Shown here piece after piece: positions 1 through 13,855 of a DNA stretch of 64,000 bases; within the stretch, counting starts at the first letter, position 1; each line of letters starts with the position of its first letter. Location: assembly GCF_018977255.1 (NCBI RefSeq), contig NW_024704743.1, positions 62,436,001-62,500,000 of the forward strand. The letters are read 5' to 3'. The notes beneath the pieces are model-generated. The model was not told where the DNA came from, searched no databases, and worked only from the letters and a program-made list of their open reading frames with translations. The DNA comes from Callorhinchus milii (Eukaryota). The position numbers were made by a program, and so were the translations under genes.

Positions 1-2431
1 TGTGCAGCAAAGTGATCCAACTATATTGTGTTACAGTCAGTCACATCTGGGTCTTAGTGTACAGGGGACAATGTGTACTGCTGGATGTTAAATACACTGA
101 ATGTCATAAGTGAAGACTCTCATCTGTTTCCAATATATTTTTTCATACATTTTCCATGATCAGTTATGGATATTAAATATCATGTGGTTGACTTGACTGA
201 CTGTACTGCATTTATGTTGACATGGTTTTGTTGCGTAGTTTAACTGTTGTTCCTCTTTTATTTGCACACAGAGCTTAGAGGAGCTTAACCTCTGCAGTGT
301 GAAATCTGTTTGTGTGAGTGCATCTTTCGATCAAAAGCAGGCCCATGTACAAGTGATGCTGTACTGTTGTCATCACAAGACCCTGGAGGACAATGTTTGT
401 GCATTATATGCACACTCAATCCTTGACAAGGTCATCTCTGAACGTACTTATCAGGAGTTTTTTCTAGTGAAAGGAATAGTGCTATTGCCTGAGATCAGAT
501 CTATAATCAATACGTCTGTGACACTGAAATTCAAAGCATTTGTAGTTCAAGGAAATTATCATGTTGTATGTTTAAGAACCAGATTGGAAGCATAATTATG
601 TAGCATCACGGTTACTGAGGCTGGGCCAGCTTTCTTAACTTGTATTCATCGTAACCCAACAACGGCTTTGTAAAATTGGCAAAGATGAATCAGGATTTAT
701 TATTGAACCCAAATCCGTGCAATGTGAGTTTTTTGGCCTGAAAGCTAGAATACTGAAAGTGTGGTGCTATGATTATTACTGGGTTTATCTGTTATTTGTG
801 CTCCATCTAACTGGTAATTGCATTCTCGGAAACAGACTGTATTATCTATGCGAATGTATCTGAGCTGTCAGGTGTCAGCCTGACTTAGATGGTAACGCTC
901 TTGCTTCTGAATGAGATGGTTGTGGGTTCAAGCCGCAGGTCAAGACTTATACTCACACTTCAATTGAAAGATTATTATATTTATGTGACTGAGAGTTCCA
1001 CATATATACCCTCTTATACTTGGAAATTTCCTTTGTCTGGAATAGAATGAATCCTATCTCCTTGGAGGGACAGTCTCTGGTTCCCTAATTTCAGAGGGTA
1101 TTAGATGCGGAAAAAGTCTTTCATGTGAGTTTTGTCAGCAAAATCAGGAGTTGTTACCAATGGAGTAGCATTGGTTTGACTTACGAGCATGGTTCCTTGT
1201 CAGTATTTTACTAAATGTGTTCAGTCTCAGAGCATATTTTGGTTGCATAATAAAATCATTTTCAAAGGTAATTGTTAGAAGATGTACAGAGAAAGGCGAG
1301 GCTTGTTTTTCACTGCTGTGTTGTATACATGGTAATTATAATACAATTTCCAATTGTTTCTTTCATATAATTTCTAATGAGAGTAGTAATTTCTGAAATG
1401 TGTTTCTTGATTGATTAGGAGATGTATGCACCATGTGTGTGATTGGGATAATATTTGGAACTCTCCATAGAAAGTTTGTCACAAAAATGTCTTATTGCTG
1501 AATTGTTTTATTGTTGTTGGGGGATGAATCTATCTGGAAAGCAGCTGCATGAGCATAATGGAAAGGCTTGTTTACACAACAAATGCTTATTTGCATAGGC
1601 TGTAGAGCTACTGCCAATTTGAATTATAATTGCAAGGAGAAACAGTGCAAAATTATTCACTCCAGACCACAGCACAGCATCAAGCCCATAATTGATTCCC
1701 AGCCTGAATCGGCAACTAGATCACGCCAGAGGAAGTTTAAACACTGGCTAATCCCTGTGTTATTCTGCTATGTTTGTGTTAAATTGACAGCTGTGGCAGT
1801 ATAATTTCAGCAGACAAAAACGGACGACACAGCAACCATATTGCACTCCCATTCCCAGCCCCCACCCAAATGGGTGGGTGCTGAAGCAGCCCTGTGTCAT
1901 TATCCAATAACAGTGACCGCTGGCACACCATACCCTAGAATATGGTGTATGTCTTAATGTCACCTGCACACTGAGAGCTTCTCCAGCACAGCACACTGTA
2001 CCCAAAGTGACTGCACTTCATTAAGAAGCAGTTTGATGCTCAATGGGAAGGTGGTAGGATGGGTATTCTTGAAGGATGAGATCAAAGGGCCTTATTCAAC
2101 TAGAAGACCGTGGCTCGCCTCTATCGATGGCGATGCCTGCCCTTGCTCCCCCCGAGATACAGATGGACACACAGCTCGCTAAGCAATATGAGAGAGAATT
2201 ACAGGCTGCCTCAGAGACATCCATGCCTGACAAGGATGATGATCTTTAAGGAGGGGAGAGTTTATGGGTGGGCAGTTGGGGGAAGGGGAGAGAAGAGAGT
2301 AGTTCTGGGAGGGCAAGTGGGTGAAGTGTGTGTGTGGGTGGGCGAGGAGCTTATCTAGTTATGTTATCCAGCGCTTTGGGACGTCATCCCGATGTGAAAG
2401 GCGCTCTATAAATGTAATTTTGTTGTTGTAG

Positions 2432-3058
2432 GTGGAATCCTGTAGAGTAGTGGTTATCTCACTCGACTCACAAGTGAGAGGACCCGGGTTTGATTCCTGG
2501 GAAGGGATGAAACCTTATAATAATAATAATCCTTGCATTTGATATAGCGCTTTTCACATCGGGAGGACGTCCCAAAGCGCTTCACAGAACACACTGTGAA
2601 GTGAATTGACTATATTTGTGGGCGAACGCGGCAGCCAATTGCGCACAGCAATGTCCCTCAAACAGTCGTAGATTGAAAATGACCAATTTATTATTGTTTT
2701 TGGTTTTGGAGGGATTATTATTAGGCTCTGTGTGGAGTAAGGAAACTTGCCCAAGGTTTCGCCCTCTGCCGGGAAATGAACTCGGGTCTCTCGCTTGCAA
2801 AGCGAGTGCTCTAACCACTGAGTTACAGGACTCCACTCACCTTAGGCAAGTTTCCTTAGTTCACACGCCTCTGTTTACCTAACAGTAAGTGGGAACCCAC
2901 ATGTTAGCCGATTGGTGGATCACCTTCCTGGGGCAATAATCCCTCCAAAAATAATAATAATGTGGTCACTCAATCCACAACTGTTTGTGGGACACTGCTA
3001 TGCGCAATTGGCTGCCGCATTTTATCCACAAAACACACAGTCACTACATTTTACAGTG
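2432..3058 (+). mobile_element. Older long-form SINE, split (2432-2516 and 2839-3058)
   Basis: The head and ggcaagtttcc body continue across the inserted copy. Confidence 0.8.
2517..2836 (-). mobile_element. Young tRNA-headed SINE with L2 tail, nested in an older SINE
   Basis: Head GGAGTCCTGTAACTCAGTGGTTAGAGC (A box) with a B box; tail gggacgtcctcccg...gcaagg(ATT)n; acctta duplicated on both sides. Confidence 0.92.
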
Positions 3059-3399
3059 TCCTCTCCCGCACCAGGCTCCATGACCTTATCACCCCCATCC
3101 TTGCCCAGCTGAACTGGCTCCCTGAACTGGCTCCCCATCCCTCAGAGGATAGAGTTCAAAATCCTCATTCTCGCCTTCAAGGCCCTCTGCAGCCTTGCCC
3201 TTCCTACTTCTGTGACCTGCTAACCCTTTATGAACCTGTCCACTCCCTCTGCTCAGCAGGCTCCAGCCTGGTCCATGTCCCCCGCCCGGCCCACCCAGCC
3301 CTTTGCAAAGAGAATCTGTTACCGCAAAGTCTCACTCCCATAGCTCTGCAACTGAGTTTTTGCCTAACTTATGGATTGTTGGTGGGGGTACTCTGAGAC

Positions 3400-4820
3400 A
3401 AATGTTGAATCAATGATGGCCTTTGCTCTACAAAACACCCAATGGTTTTCCAGGGCAACAACAACCAAGGCTGAGTAGTGCCGATCATATGCCTGGGGCT
3501 GCAGTGAAGCTTGATGTGGCTGCAAAAAGAACAAAATGAGCCAAGAAGAAGCTCTAAATCATCTTAATAAGGTGGNAAAAAAATCCAGATAAAGTTAGTT
3601 CCATTTACCAAAGCATTTTTTTTTGGTCTGCCGGGTGTCTGACACATGCCAAAACCCAACACTATGTTTAAGAGTATCCAAACCAAGCTGAGATTTCCAT
3701 GCATCCCACCTACACATGGAAATCCCAGCGATGGATTGTTGGAATGGAATGCGCACTGTCTCTCTGGAGGGACACATCCTGCAATTCCAGAAAGTATTAG
3801 GTGCAGGTTGGCAAGAGCCAAAGCTTGGGAACTGCAGAATGTGTGGGTACTGCTAGAGTCCAACCAGCTAAAAACAGATAGCTTGCCTTTGATCTTGCTG
3901 TCTGGCAAGCTTTCCAGCTGCTTGTCCAGCTATGATCACCCGATCCATTCGGGCTGTGGCTTGCAGGGTTAACAAGAGTTGAGTGGGATGCCTCCCCTGC
4001 CGTGAGTGATTGGTCTGCCCTTTCAGGTCCTGTTGATTAGCCAGATTGGCTGTGCTGTTATCAGCAGTGCCCTGGAATACTCCAGACCCTTTTGGCTCAG
4101 GAATTGGACTACTGAGACCTCCACACAGAGCTGGCTCGATTCTGACATTCCATTGCCACACATGTCACCTTGAAGCCAGTTCAGCTCCAAGAAGACCCCG
4201 CTTACCACTCCCCCCTCCACCCCCCAGGGAGGGCAGTCACTAGTTGGTCGTTCGACGTCCAACAAGTGTGGGTTTGACCCCTCACTAAGTAGATGGCAGG
4301 TGCAAGGAACTCACTGCGAGCTTCCCGATGGGTAACGCATCTCAGCATGAAAGGATGAGAGCACTCCCACCATCTTCACCTCCGCAGCTCAGGCAACATC
4401 TGTTCCCATTGAGCGATGTTTCCATCAATTGGAGGTGCGGAGTTAAGCAACAGGACAGCTTGTGACATGCCAGCCACCTTGAGGTTCTTGAGGTCCAAGT
4501 CCAATGCTTTGTACCAGGCTTACTCAGCACCAGCTGCTCAATCCAGGTCCTCATGTGAGGGGCCTTGCCAAATAGAAGTGCCTGCTATGAAGCTGCCTCC
4601 ATCTACAGGGTGCTTAGCGACAGGTCAGTGTAGGCCAGAGCTCTCCTTCCCTGCAGCCTCTTCCTGTGTTTGCCACAAATCCACCTCACTGGTTGATCCT
4701 GGACTTTGCAGAAATCCCAGAGATAGATTGTTGGATTGTTGCGCACTGTCTTCCTGGAGGGACACATCCTGCTTACCTAATTACGGAAAGTATTAGGCGC
4801 AGGTTGGCAAGAGCCAAACC
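3400..4820. repeat. Unclassified interspersed repeat with an internal direct repeat of about 105 bp
   Basis: 3719-3822 resembles 4711-4818; homologous pieces at about 6770-7010 (inverted) and 30380-30500 (direct). Confidence 0.6.
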
Positions 4821-7813
4821 AAAAAACAATCCACACAATCACAGGGTGTTCAGATGAAGAAAGCCATTTAGCCCTTTCGTTATCATCTTTCAAGGATCTC
4901 ACCAACCCTTTCCCACCTCCTGCTCAGACTCTACCTGATAGTATCCTCAGGTTCAATCAGCCAAGGCATTATGGTATTCTCCTTGACCCCCAGCTGTGCT
5001 ACAAAACCCTTAATATTTCCCATGTGAACCCTTACATCACATAGGTCTATAACACACTGAGACACAAACAAAACAATTGCAAGCACATACTAAGAAACAG
5101 TACACTGATCGCCACAGAAAACAGCCATCAGTGTTGATTGTACCTTTATTATGAAATAAACACATCTGCATTGTATGTAACTGTGCCTCGAGTGAATTAT
5201 ATTATAAGCAAAAACATCAATCCATTTCAAAGGAAAAAAATGCTTTTTTGATGATTAGGTACTTATAATGAGATTTGCCCACTAAGCACTAAAAGAAAGG
5301 AAGTACAGAAATACAGTTGTGGTATCTGATGCAGTACCCCCACAAAATATACAGTCAATTCTGTTTACAGTATATTATGTGAATTCTTTGAGATGTCTCT
5401 GAGATTTGATAAGGTGTTATATTAAATGCAAGGATTATTATTATCATAATTATCACATCCCATACTGAAAATACCTCTCTTCCTTCCTCACCCCTCCCCC
5501 ACCACCAAAGCCTCAGTATTTAGTTGCAAGAGGAATTTCAGCATAACTGTACTTCAGAAACATTAATTATGCTCCAGCTTCAGTTGTGGTTATACAAACG
5601 GGGATAATTCAAAACAACTTTCCAAAGTCATTTTGGCTGCAGCGTAAAGTTTTTTTGTTACTAGTTCAAGGCTCATGAGTTGCAGACAGAACAGGGTATT
5701 GTTTTCCTCCTATTCCAATGACCTTAACCAAGATCATTTTTGTTTCTTTTGCAACAGAGCCGATGGACATCCACAGCTGGTCAATCAGTGTCAGGCGAGG
5801 GCAAAGATGGGTTAACCCTTTAGGTGGGAGCCTTCATTAGAATATCTGTATCTTTGGCTCGAAATTTCTCATTGTGTTAAGATAATTGTCATAAAATATA
5901 AAGATTGTGTAAAAGTTTGGAAAATTGTTCTGTTCAATCTCAATTCAAAAGATAATTTTTTGCAGTTATTTTTAAGATTATTCCAAAATTCTGCACAACC
6001 GTAAATTTTGTGACAATGCTCTTGATGGCTGTGTGGTTTTTCAGACCTCAGGAGTTCTGTGGATCTGTAGAGATGCCAACAGCTATGTTTTTAGACCACA
6101 ACTATGGTCCCCAAGGAGCAATCCATTCATTCATTGAACGAATCATGAGCTGAACTAATCCCTCCCATGATCCATCGCTTGTCATTAAAGACAACCTGCA
6201 CATTGACAGAGTGGTGTCCCTCATGATTAATGCATGCAAGAGAATTCTGCCTTCGGACAGCGATGTATTTATACGTGCATGAAGCACTTGGTTCACCAGC
6301 CTGCTGATCTTTACAAGGACATGAGTCGCTTGTTAAGCCTGAATCTGCCACCTCATCACCTCAACTATGGTATGAAGAACGCCACAATGATCTGCTAATA
6401 GAGACTGGTAGGAAGCAGTAGACTGCAAATAGTTTGGAGTAGTCCCATTGACTACTTCTGAAATGACTATCAGGAGCAGTGAAGCTACTGAATCAGCACA
6501 CGGCACATGTCGGGAAATGGAATTTTTCAATATTAAAAAAAACTGTCAGTGATCAGTGAAATATATATAGTTAGACCCTGATATTTAAATCCTTCCTCTC
6601 CTCCTCTGCTATAAATCCCTTCTTCAAAACTGAGTCTTGCACGAGAATGGCATGATTTGGCAATTCTGTATTATCTTTTTTGAAGTCTTACCAGTTTACT
6701 TCACAAGTTTTTAACATTATTCTTTGCATTTGATTTCGTGCCTATCACATTGTTGAAATGGGGTATCCTTCGGGCTGCTCTGGCTCCAAGGAGGCGGACT
6801 TGTCAAAGGAATGTTGGAATCGAGTAGAGCCTCTCCGGTGGTCTCAGTAGTTTGATTCCTGAGTCAGACAGATGCACAGTACTCAAGGGCATTGCTGATG
6901 AACCAGCCAGCCTGATTCATCAGTAGGACTTTTACTCACTCCTTTTAACCCTGTAGGAGAAAGCCCTAACAGGCAAATAGGGTGATCCTAGCTGAACAAG
7001 CAACAGGAATTTTGAAACACAGAGCTCTCAGTGGCAAACTATGTCAGTGATATTAACTTAGTATTAGGTGCTGAAATAATTAGTAAATACCCTTAACAAT
7101 AAATACAGAAGTCATAGAGTACAGATATCAATATATTAGTCAGTTTCTACCCTTTTGCGGGTATCAATATATCTTGAACATATGGAAATAAGGATCAAAG
7201 TCGCTGGGAACAATCAACATTGCTGAGTTCAGCGACTTCTGTTTTTCTTTCAGATTTCCAGCATCCGCAGAATTTTGCGTTTTGTTCCAAATAAGGATCT
7301 CTGGTTCATCAGTTGAATAAAGACAATTGAATTTAGAATCTCCGGATTCCATGTCATTCCTTATTCTTCTGTGCAGGGAAATAAATAATGGCATATAGTA
7401 TGTGTGGCTAATGTTTTCACTATGTTTTGCTGATCGTACAATGGAGGCTGCCTAGTGGTAGTACAGATATGCTTGGATTGCAGAAAGAGATCCATCCCCA
7501 AGGATTTACAGGCATCAGATTAGTTTTATTGATCGGTCGAACAAGCAGCATTTTAGGAGATTTAGATTTAATAAGTAGCAAATGACCCATGTAAGGGTTT
7601 GGAATGTCAGGCTCAAATGAAGCAAGTCTTGCTGGTGCTTTTGAAGGTAATCAAGAACCATAACCAGAGCAACAATGAGAATCAATCAGTTGGTCATATC
7701 CAAAATCATTTCTCAAGTGCCCATTCCTCACATCAGTGTTACAGGTTCCCCACAACAGAAATAGACAGGACAACTAGGCATTCTTTGTCCTTTAGAGAAC
7801 CCCCTTGGATGAG

Positions 7814-7884
7814 GTGTTAAACTGAGGTCCCTTTTGCCTGTATGGCAAAAGGGACCTCAGGTAAAAGAGACCTCAGTTTAACAC
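7814..7884. repeat. Hairpin with a duplicated right arm
   Basis: gtgttaaactgaggtcccttttgcc-tgtat-ggcaaaagggacctcag-gtaaaagagacctcag-tttaacac. Confidence 0.9.
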
Positions 7885-7887
7885 TTC

Positions 7888-8183
7888 AGGCAAAACCTTA
7901 GGCAAGTTTCCTTACTCTACACACGAGCCTGTTTACCTAGCAGTGAATAGTATGGTTGTGGATCAATTTTCCGGGGGGCAATAAGCCCTTAAAAAATATA
8001 TTAAAAAATAATAATTTGGTCACTCACTCCACTTTGTGGGACACTGCTGTGCGTAATTGGCTGCCGTGTTTCGCCTACAAAATATACAGTCAATTCACTT
8101 ACAATATATTCTGTGAAACACTTTGAGATGTCTCAAAGACATGATAAGGCAATATAACAAATGCAAGGATTATTATTATTATT
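7888..8183 (+). mobile_element. Older long-form SINE, 5'-truncated
   Basis: Family body and (ATT)n tail. Confidence 0.8.
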
Positions 8184-8478
8184 ATGGCCCTGGTAGATGC
8201 TAGTTGTTCCCAGGTACTATCTCGAAATACAGTTGGTTGCTCTCACAGAATCTTTGTCAATATTTCTCTCTTATTCAGATTCGCCAACAAATCTGAAGTG
8301 GTTAATTGTTCATTGGTTTCATTGCTGTTTGTGGGAGTTGCTGGCACAGATTAGCTAACGTGTTTGCCAACATATCAACAATCACTACACTTCAAAGTAA
8401 CTCATTGGGGTTCAAAAAGCTCTTGTCAGGAAACGGCATCTTGCAAAGGAATCTCCTAATTTGTTAGCAGGATTATTT

Positions 8479-8716
8479 GGCTAGGACACCGGGAGAAATT
8501 CATTTCTCTTTTTGTGTAACGTCATAGGATCTTTAATGTCCAACTGAACAGGTAGGCAGGATATCTCAGATTAATGTCTCACCTGAATGACAGCAAGTAA
8601 ACAGAACTTCCAACAACACAGCACTCCCCCAGTACTGTAATAGAGTCAGTCTATAAACTAAAGTTTAATATGGGCCTGAACCCATAACCTTCTGACCCAG
8701 AGGTGAGAGTGTACCA
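8479..8716 (-). mobile_element. Deu-type SINE fragment (related pieces near 873-945, 12400-12640, 15095-15360, 18615-19215, 22345-22610 and 56385-56870)
   Basis: ggatctttaatgtccaactgaacagg...tgaacccataaccttctgacccagaggtgagagtg. Confidence 0.6.
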
Positions 8717-9634
8717 GGAGAGTTATAATGGGAGGCGGAGGAGCATAAGAATGCTTATGGAATGCAGAATTGGCATTCAAAGGCCCAAGGAAGATGTCTG
8801 AATGTACAGCATCCTGCATAACATTGCTTGGTATAACTGTTAGTCTGCCAGAGCGTGACAACACAGATGGATGGTGGGAGCAAACTACCAATGTGCAAGA
8901 GATAGATGCCATCATCTGTGATTACATTCTGACAGTGACTGGGTACAGCGGTATGTAACAGATAAGAGCAAAGGATATACTTGAACCATGTCTCATTTTG
9001 ATGTGCTGATGAGATAAGCATTATCTGTTGCATTGTCGAATGTCACTGAATCAATTAGGTTGTAAATTAAAACAATTAATCTGATGATTTATTAGATGTT
9101 TTTATTCAAAAAAGGTCACAGAAAATAAAGTATTTCACGTTTAAAAATTAGAGTTACTCACTGGAAAGATTTGAATCAATTAAAAATTAGATAGTGAGCA
9201 ACTCTTTCCCTTGGTGGAGGGATACATTACAAATGACTACAGCCTTAACAGAGGTAAGGAAGCATTTAGTCAACAATGTCTGGAAGACATCCCAAGGCAC
9301 TAGGGACACTGAGAGTTGTGAAGACATGTAATAATAATAAAATGTACTTCCACAAAATTATGTAAGACTTATTTTGTATCCATTAATTCAAAAACGCCTA
9401 ATCAGGAAGGTTGGATGGGATTAGTAGTGTTGGAGTTAACAAGGCTGATACTAACAGGAGAAAATACTGGCCTAATGTAGTTTGCTTGTGGGTTGACACT
9501 GTTGCTTTAGAACCATAGAAATGTATGGTACTGACCTTCTGCGCCGGCTCCTACTTATAAAAGCACCGTTCTCATAGGATGAACATCTCAAAGTCCTTCA
9601 AGCAGACGAATGGGGTGGAGCAGTGGCGTAATTT

Positions 9635-9979
9635 AATAATAATAGTTCTTGCATTTGAGATAGCGCCTTATATCGTTGAGACGTCTCTAAGTGTTGCACA
9701 GAATATACTGTAAAGTGGATTGACTATATTTTGTGGGCGAAACGGGGCAGCCAATTGTGTACAAACAATTGTTGATTGAGTGACCACATTTTTTTGAGGA
9801 ATTATTACCCCTAGAAAGCGATCCACCAATTGACTAACAATCGGGTTCCTACTTACTGCTAAGTAAATAGAAGTACGTAGAGTAAGTAAACTTGCCTAAG
9901 GTTTCGCCAACCCAGGAATCAAACCCAGGCCTCTCGCTTGCGAGGCGAGTGCAGTAACCACTACGCTGTGGGACTCCAC
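9635..9979 (-). mobile_element. Older long-form SINE
   Basis: Full head-to-tail match to the family. Confidence 0.85.
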
Positions 9980-12900
9980 TAATTTGAGGTTGTTGACCAA
10001 ACGTACGGTCAAAGAGACATTTTTAACAGGGTTCAGAAGGAAGGTAGAGAAGAAACAAGGTGAAGAGATTTGGAGGCATTTTCCTGGTTCTTTAGTATCC
10101 ACCTTAGACGAGTGGCCTGTGGGAGGCATCCACCAGACTTGGTATAAAAGCAACTGGGAGGAGATGGCCCAGGTTCACCCTCCCTTGGTTTTCTGAAATA
10201 AACCAATTTAGTCTCGGCAATTGTGTAGTGAATGAGTGGGGCTGAATGCAAGGATCAAAAGAGCACAAGCCCTTTGAGCCAATTTGTGAGCTGTGCCAGT
10301 CTATATCACCTCAACACTGGAGGAGAATCCTGGCCAAATAATTGAGCTGAGAAAAAGAGCACAATCTCAGCCTTATACAGACACTGCAGGGTTTCTTTCC
10401 GTGCTGCACATGCTACGGTTCTCTAATTCGCTCCCACCTAATAAGAGAGAATAAAGAAGATTATCTTTCCAGCAGAGCAGTTTCAAAAATAACTTTTAAA
10501 TGATTTTATTAAATAGCCCCAAAGTGATCCAATATCCAAACAATTGAATTTAAGACTTGTATGCAGTGTTTTTTCATTACAGATAAATTAAAGAGTAAAA
10601 CGATTAATTCATTAGCTGCATAGGAATGAAGCTGCTGCTGTTTTGGGTCAGATAAAGAGGAGGATTACAACCTTTACTGCAAAGCCCCAATCCATTATCA
10701 TGTTGGTTCAAATCCTTCATATCAAACCCTTTCCTGTGGGCATTACATATGTATATTCACAAGGTTAGTTTCCGCTGGCCCTGTTCACTGAACAGCAAAG
10801 AGCTGGGTCGTTTCAATGAGACTTGAAGGTAGACGGTCTGGCATTTCATCAGCACAATTATAGGCTGTGCAGTCACTGCTTTCTGACCCTGCTAAAACAC
10901 CACTGCCTTTGTCTGCACTGCTCTAATTTGTCCAATTCATGACTCCATTCAACAGAGGACATGTTAGCAGACATCTCGTCTGTCATCTCAGCCAGATGCA
11001 AATGAATGAGCAACTCTGTGTTTCTTTTAATCCGCGTTTGGTCCAATTATTTTCCATCAGTAATTAGATCAAAGGCAGAAATATGCTTCTTATTTACTTT
11101 GCCTGTGATCACTATTGTTAATGGACTCAATTATACAGCTATGCCTGCATTTTAAAGGAACTGTGTCTGTGACAATCTAATGTCATTTCTTGATGAAGGT
11201 GCTGTCAAAATGGTTCAAGATGAAAGACGGCAGGAAAATAAATTATATTCATCACCAGTTTTGTGTCAAGTTCCAACACAACTTTTATACAATATACAGA
11301 ATACTGGTTAAGCATCTAATTTCTAAACCTAGAAAATATCACCCACAAAATACAGTCATACACTTCGGAGTAAATCCTCTGAACCGCTTTAAGATATCCT
11401 CCACTGGCAAAGGCACTATATTAAATGCAAGAATTATTATAATAACTATAATAATTTATTTTTCCCTTTGAATTGCACAATTCAATACAATTTATACTTA
11501 TAAAGTGCATTTCACATTGGGAGGACGTCCTCTCTCTATTCTGCTCTCCTCCAGATCCTGACTTATTCTAGGGATCATTGTTTCCAGGAACTGATGCCCT
11601 CTATTAGCTGAATGGCCAAAGGCTCATTCCTTAAATGTGAGCCTGGGCAGTTAATGATCGCAGACTAATCAACTACCTCGGCATGATCGCCAAAGTTATT
11701 CCTGTTCTCAAGCTCACGCATACACCCGTTCTAGCAGGGGTCACTGGATGGCAATGAAGAGAGGGAATCACTGGTTATTCCCTCCCTAGTACAGGGGTGT
11801 AGAAGTCAAGTGGCCTCAGGAAAATAATAACAATGAGGCAATTCAGTCTGTTTAACTAGTTTATTAGATCATAACAGATCTTTTAATCCCATTTCCCAAC
11901 CTTTTATCCATAATGTGAACTCCCTTACTTACCAATTGTATATCTATCTCCATTTTAACCATCCCAATTGATTTGGTCTGTATGACATTGCCTCAGATCA
12001 GATCACTCAGCCCAGACCAGAAATCTAATCTGGGATCTCCCAGCTAAATCTAAATAGCTGCATTTCACATTAGGCAGTGACATTAGCAACCAATCCATTA
12101 CTAGAGCCCGAATACAAAGACATTTTTATCACTCCTGGCACCCAATAATACTACTTTTCAAAGAGGATGTTTTCCATTTGCCCAAATTCAGTCATTTAAT
12201 ACTCTGAAGAGATGGCTTGCTGTGCTGCTTCTCACCAGACAGTGTCACTGAGTCCCTGATGCTGAAAGCTGAACTAAATACCACTCCAGAGCCAATGTAT
12301 TTGACTTGAAAGTGGGGTATTCACAACAAGGAATTGAATAGTACCTCCTGCAAATAATTAGAATGGTTGTCACATCATCTCAAAACATTTCATGGGATTT
12401 ACTGTATATGGTGAGCTTGTATCTTATGGTGAATGCGGCAGACAATTTGCTCACAACAATGTTCCCAAAACAACCACAATGTGAGTGACCTCTTTTTTAA
12501 ATCTAGGGGATAGTTGGCCAAGACATTGGGAGAAACTTTCTTTTCTTTTTGAATAGTGCCACGGGATCCTTAATGTCCACCTCAACAGATAAACAGAGCC
12601 TTAGTTTAACATCTCATCCAAAAGAACGACATGTGTGACAAATACAATGGTTCACCAGCAATGCAAGTGAAGTGTTATCCTGGACTGTGTTATCTGTGTC
12701 ATTATAGTTCATTTGAACCAATTTATGACATTTTTAAGGTTATGGGATATTGTTTGTATCAATCAAGCAATTTGTAGAAAATGTTTCAGTTTTATTCTCG
12801 TGGTTAATGACATCAGAATCTCTTGATCATTACAGCCCAGTACACATATCAAAAAGGGTATTATGCTCTATTTCATAGTATGTTACGGGATGGAACAAAA

Positions 12901-13602
12901 TTAAGTGGTTCTGCTAAGATCATAGACCACATGAGCAGACCCAAAGCTGTTTTTAGTTAATAGAACATCATTCTTGTGTTATACCCTGCTTCATGTCCTC
13001 TGCCCTATCCATCCCACCATCGGTGGGTGTGCTTTCAACCATTCTGCCCCGCTCTCTGGAACTCGATTTGTGAGTTCTTCCACCTCCCCCCCCACCCCCC
13101 CTCACATTTTCAAAGTCCACCTTAAGAGTCTCTTTAAATGCACTTTCAGTCATCTTCCCCCTTCCCATCCTCTTCAGCTCCCATCCCCTCTGGTGCCCAG
13201 TCAGCAGCGTAAAGCACTTTGAAGTGTTCACCTGATATGATATGCTCCATATAACAACAGATTACATTTACATAGCGCCTTTCACATCAGGAGGATTCAA
13301 TATAAATTTAAATAAAAATGTATACAATTGTAAAATTGTATGTTTTGTATACCCACAATGCACCCTTAATCAATTTTATTTTAATTATGTATAACCTCTT
13401 TCCATTTAAGAGCTTTCCAATTCAAGAGTTAATTTCGATTACTGTTGCTGAATGCAAATTGATCTCTTGTAAGCAATGGGACAGGAGAAGCCCTGTCTCG
13501 CCTGTTCTACCAGTTTATTTAGAATAGATCATGATAGATCTTTAAATCCCATTTACTCACCTTTTCTCCATGCCCCTTAATGATCTTACTCTTCCAGATG
13601 TT

Positions 13603-13855
13603 TCAACCTGGCTCATTTGGTAGCACTCTCGCCTTCAGAGAATTGTGGGTTCAATGCCCCACATCAGGACTTGGAACCCTATAGTTCAGGGAGGCTGACC
13701 CTCCAAAGCAGTACTGGTGTGTGCTGTATTGTTGGAGGTGCCGTTCGGATGAGCCGTTAAACCGGTGGCCTCGCCTTTCTGTTCAGATGGACGTTGAAAT
13801 TTTCATGACTATTTGAAGAGAAGGGGGTTTCTCCTGGTGTCCTGCCCAACAATCC
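13603..13855 (+). mobile_element. Deu-domain SINE (SacSINE1/AmnSINE1-like)
   Basis: tRNA head, then ggaggtgccgttcggatgagccgttaaaccg...cagatggacgtt (Deu core, recognised from memory). Confidence 0.65.

Noticed and set aside
299..595. 98-aa ORF at the window start
   Set aside because: Non-ATG start, no recognisable homology, UTR-like composition.
3576..3576. Ambiguous base N (also at 59599)
   Set aside because: Assembly ambiguity next to homopolymers, not biology.
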